64,000 nucleotides of DNA from Candidatus Dormiibacterota bacterium (GTDB lineage Bacteria; Chloroflexota; Dormibacteria; Dormibacterales; Dormibacteraceae), in the NCBI GenBank assembly GCA_036378435.1, contig DASUWK010000070.1:2340-66339 (forward strand). The letters run 5' to 3'. The translations under genes were made by a program, and so were the position numbers. The notes under the pieces were generated by a model. The model had not been told where the DNA came from. It did no database searches and saw nothing but the letters and a program-made list of their open reading frames with translations. Below are positions 33,163-42,165 of the stretch, in pieces (the stretch's first letter is position 1; every line of letters starts with the position of its first letter).

Positions 33163-35610
33163 GTGCCCGAGGGCTACGACATAGCGATCGTCGGCGGCGG
33201 ACCCGGCGGCTATGTGGCAGCCCTGCGCGCCACGCAGCTCGGCGCGCGCGTGACCCTTGTCGAACGGGACCGCGTCGGCGGCACCTGCCTGCTCCGCGGC
33301 TGCATCCCGACCAAGGCTCTGCTGCAGTCGTCCGAGCTCTATTCGCTCGTACAGCGTGGCGGGGAGTACGGCGTCGTCGCCAAACAGGTCGGGTTCGACT
33401 GGCCCGCCGCGCAGAAGCGCAAGGCCAAGGTCGTCGAGCAGCTGGTGACGGGCGTCGAAGGCCTGCTGAAACGGGCCGGCGTCGACACCATCGGGGGTCA
33501 CGCGAAGCTGACCAAGGGTGGCGTCGAGGTGGACGGCAAGACCATCGCCGCCAAAGACGTGATCGTCGCCACGGGCTCCGTGCCGTCCCGCATCCCCATC
33601 GACGGCGCCGAGCACACGATCGACTCCGACGCGATCCTGGAGCTCGCGGAGCCGCCGAAGCGACTGGTGGTGATCGGAGGCGGCGTCGTCGGGATGGAGT
33701 TCGGGGCGATGTTCGCCGCGCTCGGCTCCGAGGTCACCGTCCTGGAGATGCTGCCGCAGGTCCTGCCGATGGTCGAGGGCGAGGTCGCCCAGGCTTACCG
33801 GCGCCACTTCGAGGGGCTGGGCGCGAAGGTCCACACCGAGTCGCAGGTGAAATCCGTGTCAAGACACGGGAAGGCACTCTCGGTGCGCTTCAACGACGAC
33901 GAGGTCGCCGCGGACGTCGTGCTGCTCGCGGCCGGTCGCAGAGCGTTCACGGAGGGTTTGGGAGCCGAAGAGCTCGGTGTGCAGCTGGAGCGCGGTCGCG
34001 TCATCGTCGACTCACATCTGCGCACCGCGGCCGACCACGTCTTTGCCATCGGCGACGTGATCGGCGGCATCATGCTCGCCCACGTCGCGTCATACGAGGG
34101 CGTGTGCGCGGTCGAGAACATCGCCGGGCACCGCGATCGGATTCCCGACTATCACGCGGCGCCCAACTGCGTGTACACGGATCCCGAGATCGCGAACGTC
34201 GGCCTCGGTGAGAATGACGCGCGCGCGGCCGGGCACGAGGTGAAAGTCGGCCGCTTCCCCTTCGCCGCCAGCGGACGCGCGCTGACCCTCGGCGAGACGC
34301 AGGGCTTCGTCAAAGTCGTGGCCGATGCCCGCGACGGCCGCGTCCTCGGCGTCCACATGGTCGGCCCGCGCGTCACGGAGCTGATCGCCGAGGCGACGCT
34401 GGCGGTGCAGCAGGGCGTGACTCTCGACGAGCTGGACCTGACCATGCACGCGCACCCGACGCTGGCGGAATCATTCATGGAGGCGGCGCTGGCCGCCGAT
34501 GACCGCGCGATCCACATCGCCAACCGCCGACCCGCCCCGGTGAAAGAGGAGACTTTGCCCGTGGCCCGACAAGTGCGGGACGAGAAGCCGGCCGCCACCT
34601 TCCACGTGGACGGCAAGCTCGAGCTGAAGAAGGGCAACCACGACGAGCTGCTCGAGATGTACCGGCTCATGACGCTGATCCGCCGCTTCGAGGAACGCGC
34701 CCAGCTCGAGTACACGCACGCCAAGATCGGCGGCTACTGCCACCTCAACCTCGGCGAGGAGGCGACCGTCGTCGGCGCGGTGCTGCCGCTCAAGCCCGGC
34801 GACCACATCTATACGAGCTACCGCGAGCACGGCCACGCCATCGCGCGAGGGATCGACCCCAAAGCCGTGATGGCTGAGCTGTTCGGCCGCGAGTCAGGGA
34901 CCTCACACGGCCGCGGCGGCTCGATGCACATCTTCGACATGAGCCGTCACTTCATGGGCGGCTACGGCATCGTCGGCGGCCACCTGCCGCTGGCGGCCGG
35001 CGCGGGTTTCGCGATCAAGTACCGCCGGCAGCCGGACGTGAGCTTCTGCATGTTCGGAGACGGCGCCGTCAACATCGGCGCCTTCCACGAGTCGCTGAAC
35101 TACTCCAAGGTCGCGCAGCTGCCGGTCGTCTGGTTCTGCGTCAACAACCAGTACGGCATGGGCACCGCCGTGGCGCGCTCCAGCGCCGTGCCGGAGGTCT
35201 ACAAGCGCGCCTGCGCGTACGACATCGAGGCGATCCGCATCGACGGCATGGACGTGCTCGAGGTGCTGCAGGCGACGCAGGAGGTGGTCGAGAAGACGCG
35301 GGCCGACTCCCAGCCGCGGTTCATCGAAGCCGTCTGCTACCGCTTCAAAGGGCACTCCGTCGTCGACCCGGACAAGTACCGCTCGGACGACGAGAAACAG
35401 AAGTGGCTCCGCGAGGACCCGGTGCGCCTCTTCGAATCCCGGCTGGTCGATGGCAAGGTGGCCACCCCTGAGGAGCTGAAAGCGGTGCAGGAGCAGGTGC
35501 TGCAGCAGGTCGAGGAGGCGGTCGCGTTTGCCGACCAGAGCGCCGACCCGCCGACCGACGAGCTCTACCGGTACCTGTACAGCGGCGAGTTCGAGACGGT
35601 GAAGACGTAA
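33163..35610 (+). CDS. Fusion protein: dihydrolipoyl dehydrogenase (E3) plus 2-oxoacid dehydrogenase E1 alpha subunit
   Basis: Single 815-aa frame with no stop. Residues 1 to ~452 are E3 (IVGGGPGGYVAALRA, GGTCLLRGCIPTK redox disulfide, HAHPTLAE..AIHI end). A ~30-aa linker follows. The rest is E1alpha (LLEMYRLMTLIRRFEERA, YREHGHA, GRGGSMH, GDGAVNIGAFHESLN). Confidence 0.85.
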   Translation: MPEGYDIAIVGGGPGGYVAALRATQLGARVTLVERDRVGGTCLLRGCIPTKALLQSSELYSLVQRGGEYGVVAKQVGFDWPAAQKRKAKVVEQLVTGVEGLLKRAGVDTIGGHAKLTKGGVEVDGKTIAAKDVIVATGSVPSRIPIDGAEHTIDSDAILELAEPPKRLVVIGGGVVGMEFGAMFAALGSEVTVLEMLPQVLPMVEGEVAQAYRRHFEGLGAKVHTESQVKSVSRHGKALSVRFNDDEVAADVVLLAAGRRAFTEGLGAEELGVQLERGRVIVDSHLRTAADHVFAIGDVIGGIMLAHVASYEGVCAVENIAGHRDRIPDYHAAPNCVYTDPEIANVGLGENDARAAGHEVKVGRFPFAASGRALTLGETQGFVKVVADARDGRVLGVHMVGPRVTELIAEATLAVQQGVTLDELDLTMHAHPTLAESFMEAALAADDRAIHIANRRPAPVKEETLPVARQVRDEKPAATFHVDGKLELKKGNHDELLEMYRLMTLIRRFEERAQLEYTHAKIGGYCHLNLGEEATVVGAVLPLKPGDHIYTSYREHGHAIARGIDPKAVMAELFGRESGTSHGRGGSMHIFDMSRHFMGGYGIVGGHLPLAAGAGFAIKYRRQPDVSFCMFGDGAVNIGAFHESLNYSKVAQLPVVWFCVNNQYGMGTAVARSSAVPEVYKRACAYDIEAIRIDGMDVLEVLQATQEVVEKTRADSQPRFIEAVCYRFKGHSVVDPDKYRSDDEKQKWLREDPVRLFESRLVDGKVATPEELKAVQEQVLQQVEEAVAFADQSADPPTDELYRYLYSGEFETVKT

Positions 35611-36590
35611 TGGCTGTGAAGCTGTTCCGCGCCGCGCTGCGCGAGGCGCTCGACGAGGAGATGACGCGCGACGAGTCGATCTACCTGATCGGCGAGGACA
35701 TCGGGAAGTTTGGCGGCGCCTACCGGGTCACCGAGGGGCTGCAGGACAAGTACGGCGAGCTGCGGGTCGTCGATGCGCCGATCGCGGAGGAGATCATCGT
35801 CGGCTCCGCCATCGGCGCCGCCATGACAGGCCTGCGCCCGGTGGTCGAGATGATGACGATCAACTTCTCACTCCTCGCCTACGACCAGATCGTCCAAAAC
35901 GCCGCGAAGATCAGCTACATGTTCGGCGGCGAGGTGCACGTGCCGCTGGTCGTGCGGCTGCCCGGCGGCGCCGGCCATCAGCTGTCGTCGCAGCACTCCC
36001 ACTCGTTCGAGGTGCTGTACGGGCTGATACCCGGCCTGCTCGTGGTCGCGCCCACCACACCGGAGGACGCCAAAGGGCTGCTGAAGTCCGCGATCCGAAC
36101 CGACAACCCGGTGATGTTCCTGGAGTCGATGTCTCTCTACAACTTGAAGGGCGAGGTGCCGAAGGGTGACTACACGGTGCCGATCGGCAAGGCGGCGCTG
36201 CGCCGCCAGGGCGGTGACCTCACGGTCATCGGTGTCTCTCGCCAAGCTGTGCTCGCCTCGGCGGCAGCCGTGAAGCTCGAGGAGGAGGACGTCGACGTCG
36301 AGGTGATCGACCTCCGGTCGATCCGGCCGATCGACTGGGAAACGCTGGTCAAGTCGGTGAAGAAGACGGGGCGCTGCCTGGTGGTCGAGGAGGGCTGGCC
36401 CACGTACGGTGTGTCCGCCGAGATCGCGGCCGGCTTGCAGGAGCGCTGCTTCGACTACCTGGACGCGCCGATCGGACGGCTGGGCGGCGCCGAGGTCCCG
36501 ATGCCCTACAACAAGGACCTCGAGCGCACCGCGATCCCGTCCGCCGACGACATCATGCGGCACGCGCTGCGCGTCATCGGAAGGAATTAG
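35610..36590 (+). CDS. 2-oxoacid dehydrogenase E1 beta subunit
   Basis: 326 aa. The ATG overlaps the upstream TAA (TAATG). Motifs: EDIGKFGGAYRVTEGL, DAPIAEE.IVG.AIGAA. Transketolase-like C-domain. Confidence 0.93.
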   Translation: MAVKLFRAALREALDEEMTRDESIYLIGEDIGKFGGAYRVTEGLQDKYGELRVVDAPIAEEIIVGSAIGAAMTGLRPVVEMMTINFSLLAYDQIVQNAAKISYMFGGEVHVPLVVRLPGGAGHQLSSQHSHSFEVLYGLIPGLLVVAPTTPEDAKGLLKSAIRTDNPVMFLESMSLYNLKGEVPKGDYTVPIGKAALRRQGGDLTVIGVSRQAVLASAAAVKLEEEDVDVEVIDLRSIRPIDWETLVKSVKKTGRCLVVEEGWPTYGVSAEIAAGLQERCFDYLDAPIGRLGGAEVPMPYNKDLERTAIPSADDIMRHALRVIGRN

Positions 36591-36592
36591 CC

Positions 36593-37843
36593 GTGGCGAA
36601 AGTCAACATGCCCAAGCTCTCCGACACGATGGAGGAGGGCACGGTCCTGGAGTGGAAGAAGGACGACGGGTCGGAGGTCCACCGCGGTGACGTGCTAGCC
36701 GATATCGAGTCCGACAAAGCCAGCTTCGAGCTCGAGGCGGAGGCGGACGGCGTTCTGCAGATCGTGGTCGGGCAAGGTGAGGCGGTGCCGGTCGGACAGG
36801 TGATCGCCACCATCGGCGAAGAGGCGGGCGCGGGCGCAACCAGGCCGGCGCCGGCGCCGGAGTTAGCGGAAGCCAAGCCGACCAGGCCGGCGCCGGCGCC
36901 GGCCGAGGTGGCCGCGACGCCGGCCGAGGTGGATGGAGATAGCCACGGCGAGCGCGTCAAAGCGTCGCCCCTCGCCCGGCGCCTCGCCGAGCAGATGGGC
37001 GTCGACATCGGTGCGGTCAGCGGCACCGGGCCGGGCGGGCGGATCGTGAAAGAGGACGTCATCGCCGCGGCCGACCGCGCCGGAGACAGCCGGCCGGCGC
37101 CCTCGCGCGCTCCCCGCGACGCGCCTCCTCCCCGCCCCCCTGGGCCTGAGTTCGAGGTCGAGGAGCCGACCCGCATGCAGGCGCTGATCGCGCGCCGCAT
37201 GGTCGAGTCGAAGACGACGGTCCCGCACTTCTACGTGACGATCGAGTCGCGGATGGACGAGGCCATGAGCGTCCGCGACCAGCTCCGCCGGACGGTCGCC
37301 GGCGCCGACAAGCTGACGGTCACCGACATGCTCGTGAGGGCGTCCGCCCTCGCCCTGGTCAAGTTCCCGGAGGTCAACTCGTCCTGGGTGGACGGGCGCT
37401 TCGAGCGCAAGCGCCGGGTCAACATCGGTATCGCCGTCGCGCGCGAGAAGGGCTTGATCGTGCCGGTCGTGCGGGACGCCGACCGCAAGGACCTCGTCCA
37501 GATCTCGATCGAGAGCAGGCAGCTGGTGGAGCGAGCGCGGGCGGGCAAGGCGACCCAGGACGACCTCTCCGGCGGGAGCTTCAGCATCTCGAACCTGGGC
37601 ATGTACGGCGTCGATGAGTTCCAGGCGATCATCAACCCGCCGGAGGCCGGAATCCTCGCCGTCGGAGGCGTGAAGGACGCCGTCGTGGTCGACGACGGCG
37701 AGATCTCGGTGGCCAAGGTGATGCGGATGACGCTGTCCGTCGACCACCGCGTCTTCTATGGCGCGACCGCGGCCGAGTTCCTCGCCGAGGTGGTCCGGCT
37801 GATGGAGAACCCGGTCAGCCTGGTGCTCCCCCCAGAGGGGTGA
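36593..37843 (+). CDS. Dihydrolipoamide acyltransferase (E2)
   Basis: 416 aa. One lipoyl domain (DIESDKASFELEA), an Ala/Pro linker, a PSBD (ASPLARRLAEQMGVDIGAVSGTGPGGRIVKEDV) and a catalytic domain (LSVDHRVFYGATAAEF). Confidence 0.92.
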   Translation: MAKVNMPKLSDTMEEGTVLEWKKDDGSEVHRGDVLADIESDKASFELEAEADGVLQIVVGQGEAVPVGQVIATIGEEAGAGATRPAPAPELAEAKPTRPAPAPAEVAATPAEVDGDSHGERVKASPLARRLAEQMGVDIGAVSGTGPGGRIVKEDVIAAADRAGDSRPAPSRAPRDAPPPRPPGPEFEVEEPTRMQALIARRMVESKTTVPHFYVTIESRMDEAMSVRDQLRRTVAGADKLTVTDMLVRASALALVKFPEVNSSWVDGRFERKRRVNIGIAVAREKGLIVPVVRDADRKDLVQISIESRQLVERARAGKATQDDLSGGSFSISNLGMYGVDEFQAIINPPEAGILAVGGVKDAVVVDDGEISVAKVMRMTLSVDHRVFYGATAAEFLAEVVRLMENPVSLVLPPEG

Positions 37844-37867
37844 CCGGCGGGGTATAGTGCCCCCGCC

Positions 37868-38698
37868 TTGAAAAAGTTCTTCGCCCTGGTTCCCGCCGCC
37901 ATCGCCGCCCTGGTCCTCGGTCAGACCGCCTTCGCGAGCACCGACATCTATCACGGTGCCGGCCAGGGCTACGACATCAGCTACCCCCAGTGCGGCATCG
38001 CCATCCCTTCCGGCGCATTCGGCATCGACGGCGTCGACGGGAGCGGGCGGCCGTTCGACGTTGACAACCAGTACGGCCCCAGCCCCTGCCTCGGCAAGCA
38101 GTACGCGGCCGCTCGGGCGACCGGCAACGGCGCCCTGTACATGAACACCGGCTACGACCCGAGCTACGTCGCGAACCACCCCGTCGCTACCTGCGTGCAG
38201 CAGTCGCAGGCGAAGACGAGCCTGGACGCCGCGCACCAGCAGGCCTGGGAGGTCGGCTGCGCCTCGGCGTGGTTCAACCAGCAGTACGTTATGAGCCCGA
38301 CCACGAACCTGGTCAGCTCCGGCTCAGCAGCCGGGGTCAGCTGGCAGCGCTATGGGCAGGGTCTGCCCGCGCCGACCATGTGGTGGCTGGACGTCGAGAC
38401 CGGGAACTCCTGGTCGAGCTCGGATCTCACGCTGAACGCCGAAACGCTGCAGGGCTCCGTGGATGAGCTGACCAGCCTCACCCCCGGCATCCAGGTGGGT
38501 GCGTACTCGACCAGCTATCAGTGGGGCGTGATCGCCGGCTCAACGCACGTGACGGGGCTGGCGGCCGACTGGGTCGCGACCGGACAGACCAGCTCCCGGA
38601 ACGTCAAGACCTACTGCTCGAAGACGTTCAACGGCGGGACTGCCTGGCTGGTGCAGTGGGTGTCCCACCGCACGTACGACTACGACGTCCCCTGCTGA
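37868..38698 (+). CDS. Secreted protein, possibly a GH25/DUF1906-like glycoside-hydrolase fold
   Basis: TTG start. Signal peptide MKKFFALVPAAIAALVLGQTAFA. GYDISYPQC near the N-terminus and WWLDVE mid-protein resemble Rv2525c/GH25-like TIM barrels. The assignment is weak. Confidence 0.4.
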   Translation: MKKFFALVPAAIAALVLGQTAFASTDIYHGAGQGYDISYPQCGIAIPSGAFGIDGVDGSGRPFDVDNQYGPSPCLGKQYAAARATGNGALYMNTGYDPSYVANHPVATCVQQSQAKTSLDAAHQQAWEVGCASAWFNQQYVMSPTTNLVSSGSAAGVSWQRYGQGLPAPTMWWLDVETGNSWSSSDLTLNAETLQGSVDELTSLTPGIQVGAYSTSYQWGVIAGSTHVTGLAADWVATGQTSSRNVKTYCSKTFNGGTAWLVQWVSHRTYDYDVPC

Positions 38699-40038
38699 GC
38701 CGCCGGTAGTCGCAGGCTGAGGGCGACCCCGCCGTCCCGCTGGTCGGCGGTGAGCGTGCCGCCCATCGCCTGGGCCAGCTCGCGGCTGATCGCCAGGCCG
38801 AGGCCGACCCCGCCCGCCGCGGGTCGCGACGCGTCGGCGCGGTAGAAGCGATCGAACATCCGGCCCACGTCCACTGGCTGCTCGGCGACCGCGTTCCAGA
38901 TCGAGGCCTCGACCTGGGGGCCGGCGCCCCGTGCGGTCACCCTCACCTCGGTGCCTGGCGGCGCGTACTTCACCGCGTTGTCCAGCAGGTTGTCGAGGAC
39001 CTGGTGGACGCGCTCGACGTCAGCGAGCGCGGGCGGCATGCCGTCCAGGACCTCCAGCTGCAAGTCAAGTCCTCGTGCGGCGGCGCGGGGGCGCACCAGC
39101 TCCGCCTGCTGGCGCAGCAGCTCTGCCAGGTCCACCTCGCCCCGGGTGAACGAGACCTGCCCGGCCTCCACGCGCGCCAGGTCGAGCAGCTCCTGCGACA
39201 TCCGCAGCAGCCGCTGCGATTCCTCGTGCAGGATGGCGGCCGCCCGTTTGCGTTCGGCCGCGGTGCGCAGGCTGCCGTCGACAAGCGCTTGGCTGAACCC
39301 GATCAGGCTCGTGAGGGGCGTCTTCAGCTCGTGGGAGACGTTGGCAAGGAAGTCGCGCTGCAGCGACCGAGATCGCTCGACGGCTTCGGCCATGCGGTTG
39401 AACGCCACGGCGACGATGCCGACCTCGGCCGGACCGCGAACACGCACGCGGCGCGCGTAGTTGCCCGCCGCTATGTCCTCCGCCGCGCCGCCGAGCTCGC
39501 GCAGCGGGTCGGCGATGGTGCGCGCGAGGGCAACCGCGAGGACCACGGCGACTCCGAGGGCCACGAGCCCAGCGACCAGCAGGCGCGGCACCAGCGCGCT
39601 GATCGCTCCCACAGACACCGCGTCGCTAGCCCGAGCCGCCACCAGGTACTGGCCGCGCCGGTACAGCAGCGCGGCCGCCTCGTACTGGTTGCCGCCGATG
39701 GTCACGGTGCCGTCGCGCACCGCCACGCCACCCACGATGCGCGTGGCGCCGAAGTGGAATGTGGTGGCCGATGACGCCGTGCCCTCGCTGTCGTAGATCA
39801 GCGCGCCCGAGGCGTCGACCAGGAGCAGGCGGTTGCCACCGGGATCAGAACCGAGCGCCTCAAGGCCCTGGACCCGGGCGGCGCGACGAGCGTTGACCAC
39901 CGCCCGCTCCAGCCGCTGCACCGTCTGGTCGTTCTCCAGCCTGCGGACGAGCACCCCCGTCAGCACTCCGCTCACGACCAGGCTGATCGCGATGACCGCG
40001 AGCGCGCCCACCACCAGGCGCGCGGTGAGCGATCTCAC
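38680..40038 (-). CDS. Sensor histidine kinase
   Basis: 452 aa. Two TM helices flank a periplasmic region. HAMP domain, H-box FLANVSHELKTPLTSL, then N/G boxes (DNAVKYAP; GGVGLGLAI). The GTG start overlaps the regulator stop (GTGA). Confidence 0.9.
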   Translation of the reverse strand: MRSLTARLVVGALAVIAISLVVSGVLTGVLVRRLENDQTVQRLERAVVNARRAARVQGLEALGSDPGGNRLLLVDASGALIYDSEGTASSATTFHFGATRIVGGVAVRDGTVTIGGNQYEAAALLYRRGQYLVAARASDAVSVGAISALVPRLLVAGLVALGVAVVLAVALARTIADPLRELGGAAEDIAAGNYARRVRVRGPAEVGIVAVAFNRMAEAVERSRSLQRDFLANVSHELKTPLTSLIGFSQALVDGSLRTAAERKRAAAILHEESQRLLRMSQELLDLARVEAGQVSFTRGEVDLAELLRQQAELVRPRAAARGLDLQLEVLDGMPPALADVERVHQVLDNLLDNAVKYAPPGTEVRVTARGAGPQVEASIWNAVAEQPVDVGRMFDRFYRADASRPAAGGVGLGLAISRELAQAMGGTLTADQRDGGVALSLRLPAAQQGTS

Positions 40039-40715
40039 TCGAGCTTGTAGCCGACGCCCCAGACCGTCTGGACGGCCGGCTCGGTGACACCGGCCGCCGC
40101 GAGCTTCTCGCGCACCTGCTGGACGTGCACGTCGACCGTGCGCGTGTAGCCGGGAAAGTCGTAACCCCAGACCAGGTCGAGCAGCTCGCCACGCTGGAAG
40201 ACGCGGCCGGGATGGCGGGAGAGCAGCGCCAGGAGGTCGAACTCCTTCGGGCGCAGCTGGACCTTGTGGTCGCCATAGCGCACCTCGTGGCGCTCGACGT
40301 CCACGACGAGCTCGCCGACGCGAACCAGCTTGGGCTGGTCGGGGTCGGCCTGGGCGCGCCGGAGCAAGGCTTTGGCGCGGGCGACCAGCTCCTGCGGCGC
40401 GAACGGCTTGGTGACGTAGTCGTCGGCGCCCAGCTCCAGGCCGACCACCTTGTCGGTGACCTCGTCCCGCGCGGTGAGCATGATGATCGGGACCTGGCTG
40501 TCCTTGCGGATCTCGCGACAGACGCTGAGGCCGTCGCGACCGGGGAGCATCACGTCGAGCACGACCAGGTCGGGCGCGCTCTCCGCGACCTTGCGCAGAG
40601 CCGCCTCCCCATCGCCGACGGAATCGACCTGAAAGCCTTCCCGGGTCAGGTAGAGCGCACAGAGCTCCCGGATGTGCTCTTCGTCGTCGACGACCAGAAC
40701 CTTCTGACTAGGCAT
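40035..40715 (-). CDS. OmpR-family response regulator
   Basis: 226 aa. Receiver domain (KVLVVDDEEHIRE...DLVVLDVMLPGRDG) and a winged-helix C-terminus (VWGYDFPGYTRTVDVHV...). Confidence 0.93.
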   Translation of the reverse strand: MPSQKVLVVDDEEHIRELCALYLTREGFQVDSVGDGEAALRKVAESAPDLVVLDVMLPGRDGLSVCREIRKDSQVPIIMLTARDEVTDKVVGLELGADDYVTKPFAPQELVARAKALLRRAQADPDQPKLVRVGELVVDVERHEVRYGDHKVQLRPKEFDLLALLSRHPGRVFQRGELLDLVWGYDFPGYTRTVDVHVQQVREKLAAAGVTEPAVQTVWGVGYKLE

Positions 40716-40789
40716 TGCGTTGGAAGAAAGCAGAATTCTGTGACGCCGCGATCTGAATCAGGTCAGAGAAATGTAAACGCGGCGCCCGC

Positions 40790-42109
40790 TCAGCGGTCCT
40801 TGGCGGGCCGCAGCACGATCTTCAAGGGGTTGCCGGCGAAGCCGAAGCGCTCCCGCAGCTTGTTCTCCAAGTAGCGCCGGTACGAGAAGTGCAAGAGACC
40901 CGTGTCGTTGACGAAGAGCACGATCGTCGGCGCCTCCGACGCCGCCTGCGTCGCGAACTTCAGCTGCAGCCGCTTGCCTCGGAAGCTCGGCGGCGGCCGC
41001 TGCTGCATCACCTCGCGGAGGACGTCGTTGAGCTCGCCGGTCGGGACTCGGACGCGCCGCTGCCCGACCACCTCCAGCGCCGTCGGCAGCAGCTTGCCCA
41101 GGCCCTGGCCCGTCTTGGCTGACGCGGTCACGAGGGGCACGTGGGACGCGAACCGGAACTCGTGGCGGACCGCCTGCTGCCACCAGCGCGAGGTGCGCTG
41201 CTCGGCTTCGACGAGGTCGATCTTGTTGACCACGAGAACCAGGCCCTTGCCGGCCTCCAGCGCATAGCTCGCAACGTGCTGGTCCTGGCTCACGACGCCC
41301 GTCGAGGCGTCGAGCACCAGCAGCACGGCGTCCGCTCGCTCCATGGCGCGAATGCCGCGCAGCAGGCTGAAGTGCTCCAGCCGGTCCCGAGCCGCCGATC
41401 GGCGCCGGATGCCGGCCGTGTCGACGAGGACGACCGGCAGGCCGTCGAAGACGAGCTCGGTGTCGATGGGATCCCGGGTCGTGCCCGGCTCGTCCTGCAC
41501 GACGGCCCGCTCGTCTCCGAGCACGGCGTTGAGCAGCGATGACTTGCCGACGTTGGGCCGCCCCATGATGGCGAGGCGGGCCGCCTCCTCCTCCGCCTCG
41601 GCCTCCAGCTCCGGCGGAGGCAGCAGCTCGAGGACGCGGTCCAGGAGGTCGCCCACGCCAAGGCCGTGCTGGGCTGAGATCAGGAGAGGCTCGTCGAACC
41701 CGAGCTCGAGGATCTCGTGGATGAAGTGCTCCTGGCCGTGGGCGTCCGACTTGTTGGCGGCGACGACGATCGACCGGCCTGAGCGTCTCAGCAGCTGGGC
41801 GATGTCGCGGTCCACCGGCGTCAGGCCCTGCCTGACATCCAGGAGCAGGACGATCGCCTGCGCCTCCTCGATCGCTGCCTTCGTCTGGAGCTCGATCGCG
41901 GAGCGCGACGCTTCGTCTCCGCCCAGCTCCAGGCCGGCGGTGTCGACGACGGTCAGCTCACGGCCCCGCCACTCGGCGACGCCGTAAAGGCGGTCGCGGG
42001 TCAGGCCCGCCGTCGCGTCGACGATTGCCTGCCGGCGTCCGATCAGGCGGTTGAAGAGCGTCGACTTGCCCACGTTGGGACGGCCGACGATCGCCACGAT
42101 GGGGCGCAC
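40790..42109 (-). CDS. der: Ribosome-associated GTPase Der (EngA)
   Basis: 439 aa. Two G-domains (GRPNVGKSTLFN; GRPNVGKSSLLN) and a KH-like C-terminus. Confidence 0.95.
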   Translation of the reverse strand: MRPIVAIVGRPNVGKSTLFNRLIGRRQAIVDATAGLTRDRLYGVAEWRGRELTVVDTAGLELGGDEASRSAIELQTKAAIEEAQAIVLLLDVRQGLTPVDRDIAQLLRRSGRSIVVAANKSDAHGQEHFIHEILELGFDEPLLISAQHGLGVGDLLDRVLELLPPPELEAEAEEEAARLAIMGRPNVGKSSLLNAVLGDERAVVQDEPGTTRDPIDTELVFDGLPVVLVDTAGIRRRSAARDRLEHFSLLRGIRAMERADAVLLVLDASTGVVSQDQHVASYALEAGKGLVLVVNKIDLVEAEQRTSRWWQQAVRHEFRFASHVPLVTASAKTGQGLGKLLPTALEVVGQRRVRVPTGELNDVLREVMQQRPPPSFRGKRLQLKFATQAASEAPTIVLFVNDTGLLHFSYRRYLENKLRERFGFAGNPLKIVLRPAKDR

Positions 42110-42165
42110 CGCTCAATTCTGGCCCGAGTTCAGGTTCGGGCCTGAGAGAATACGCAGGACCTCCT

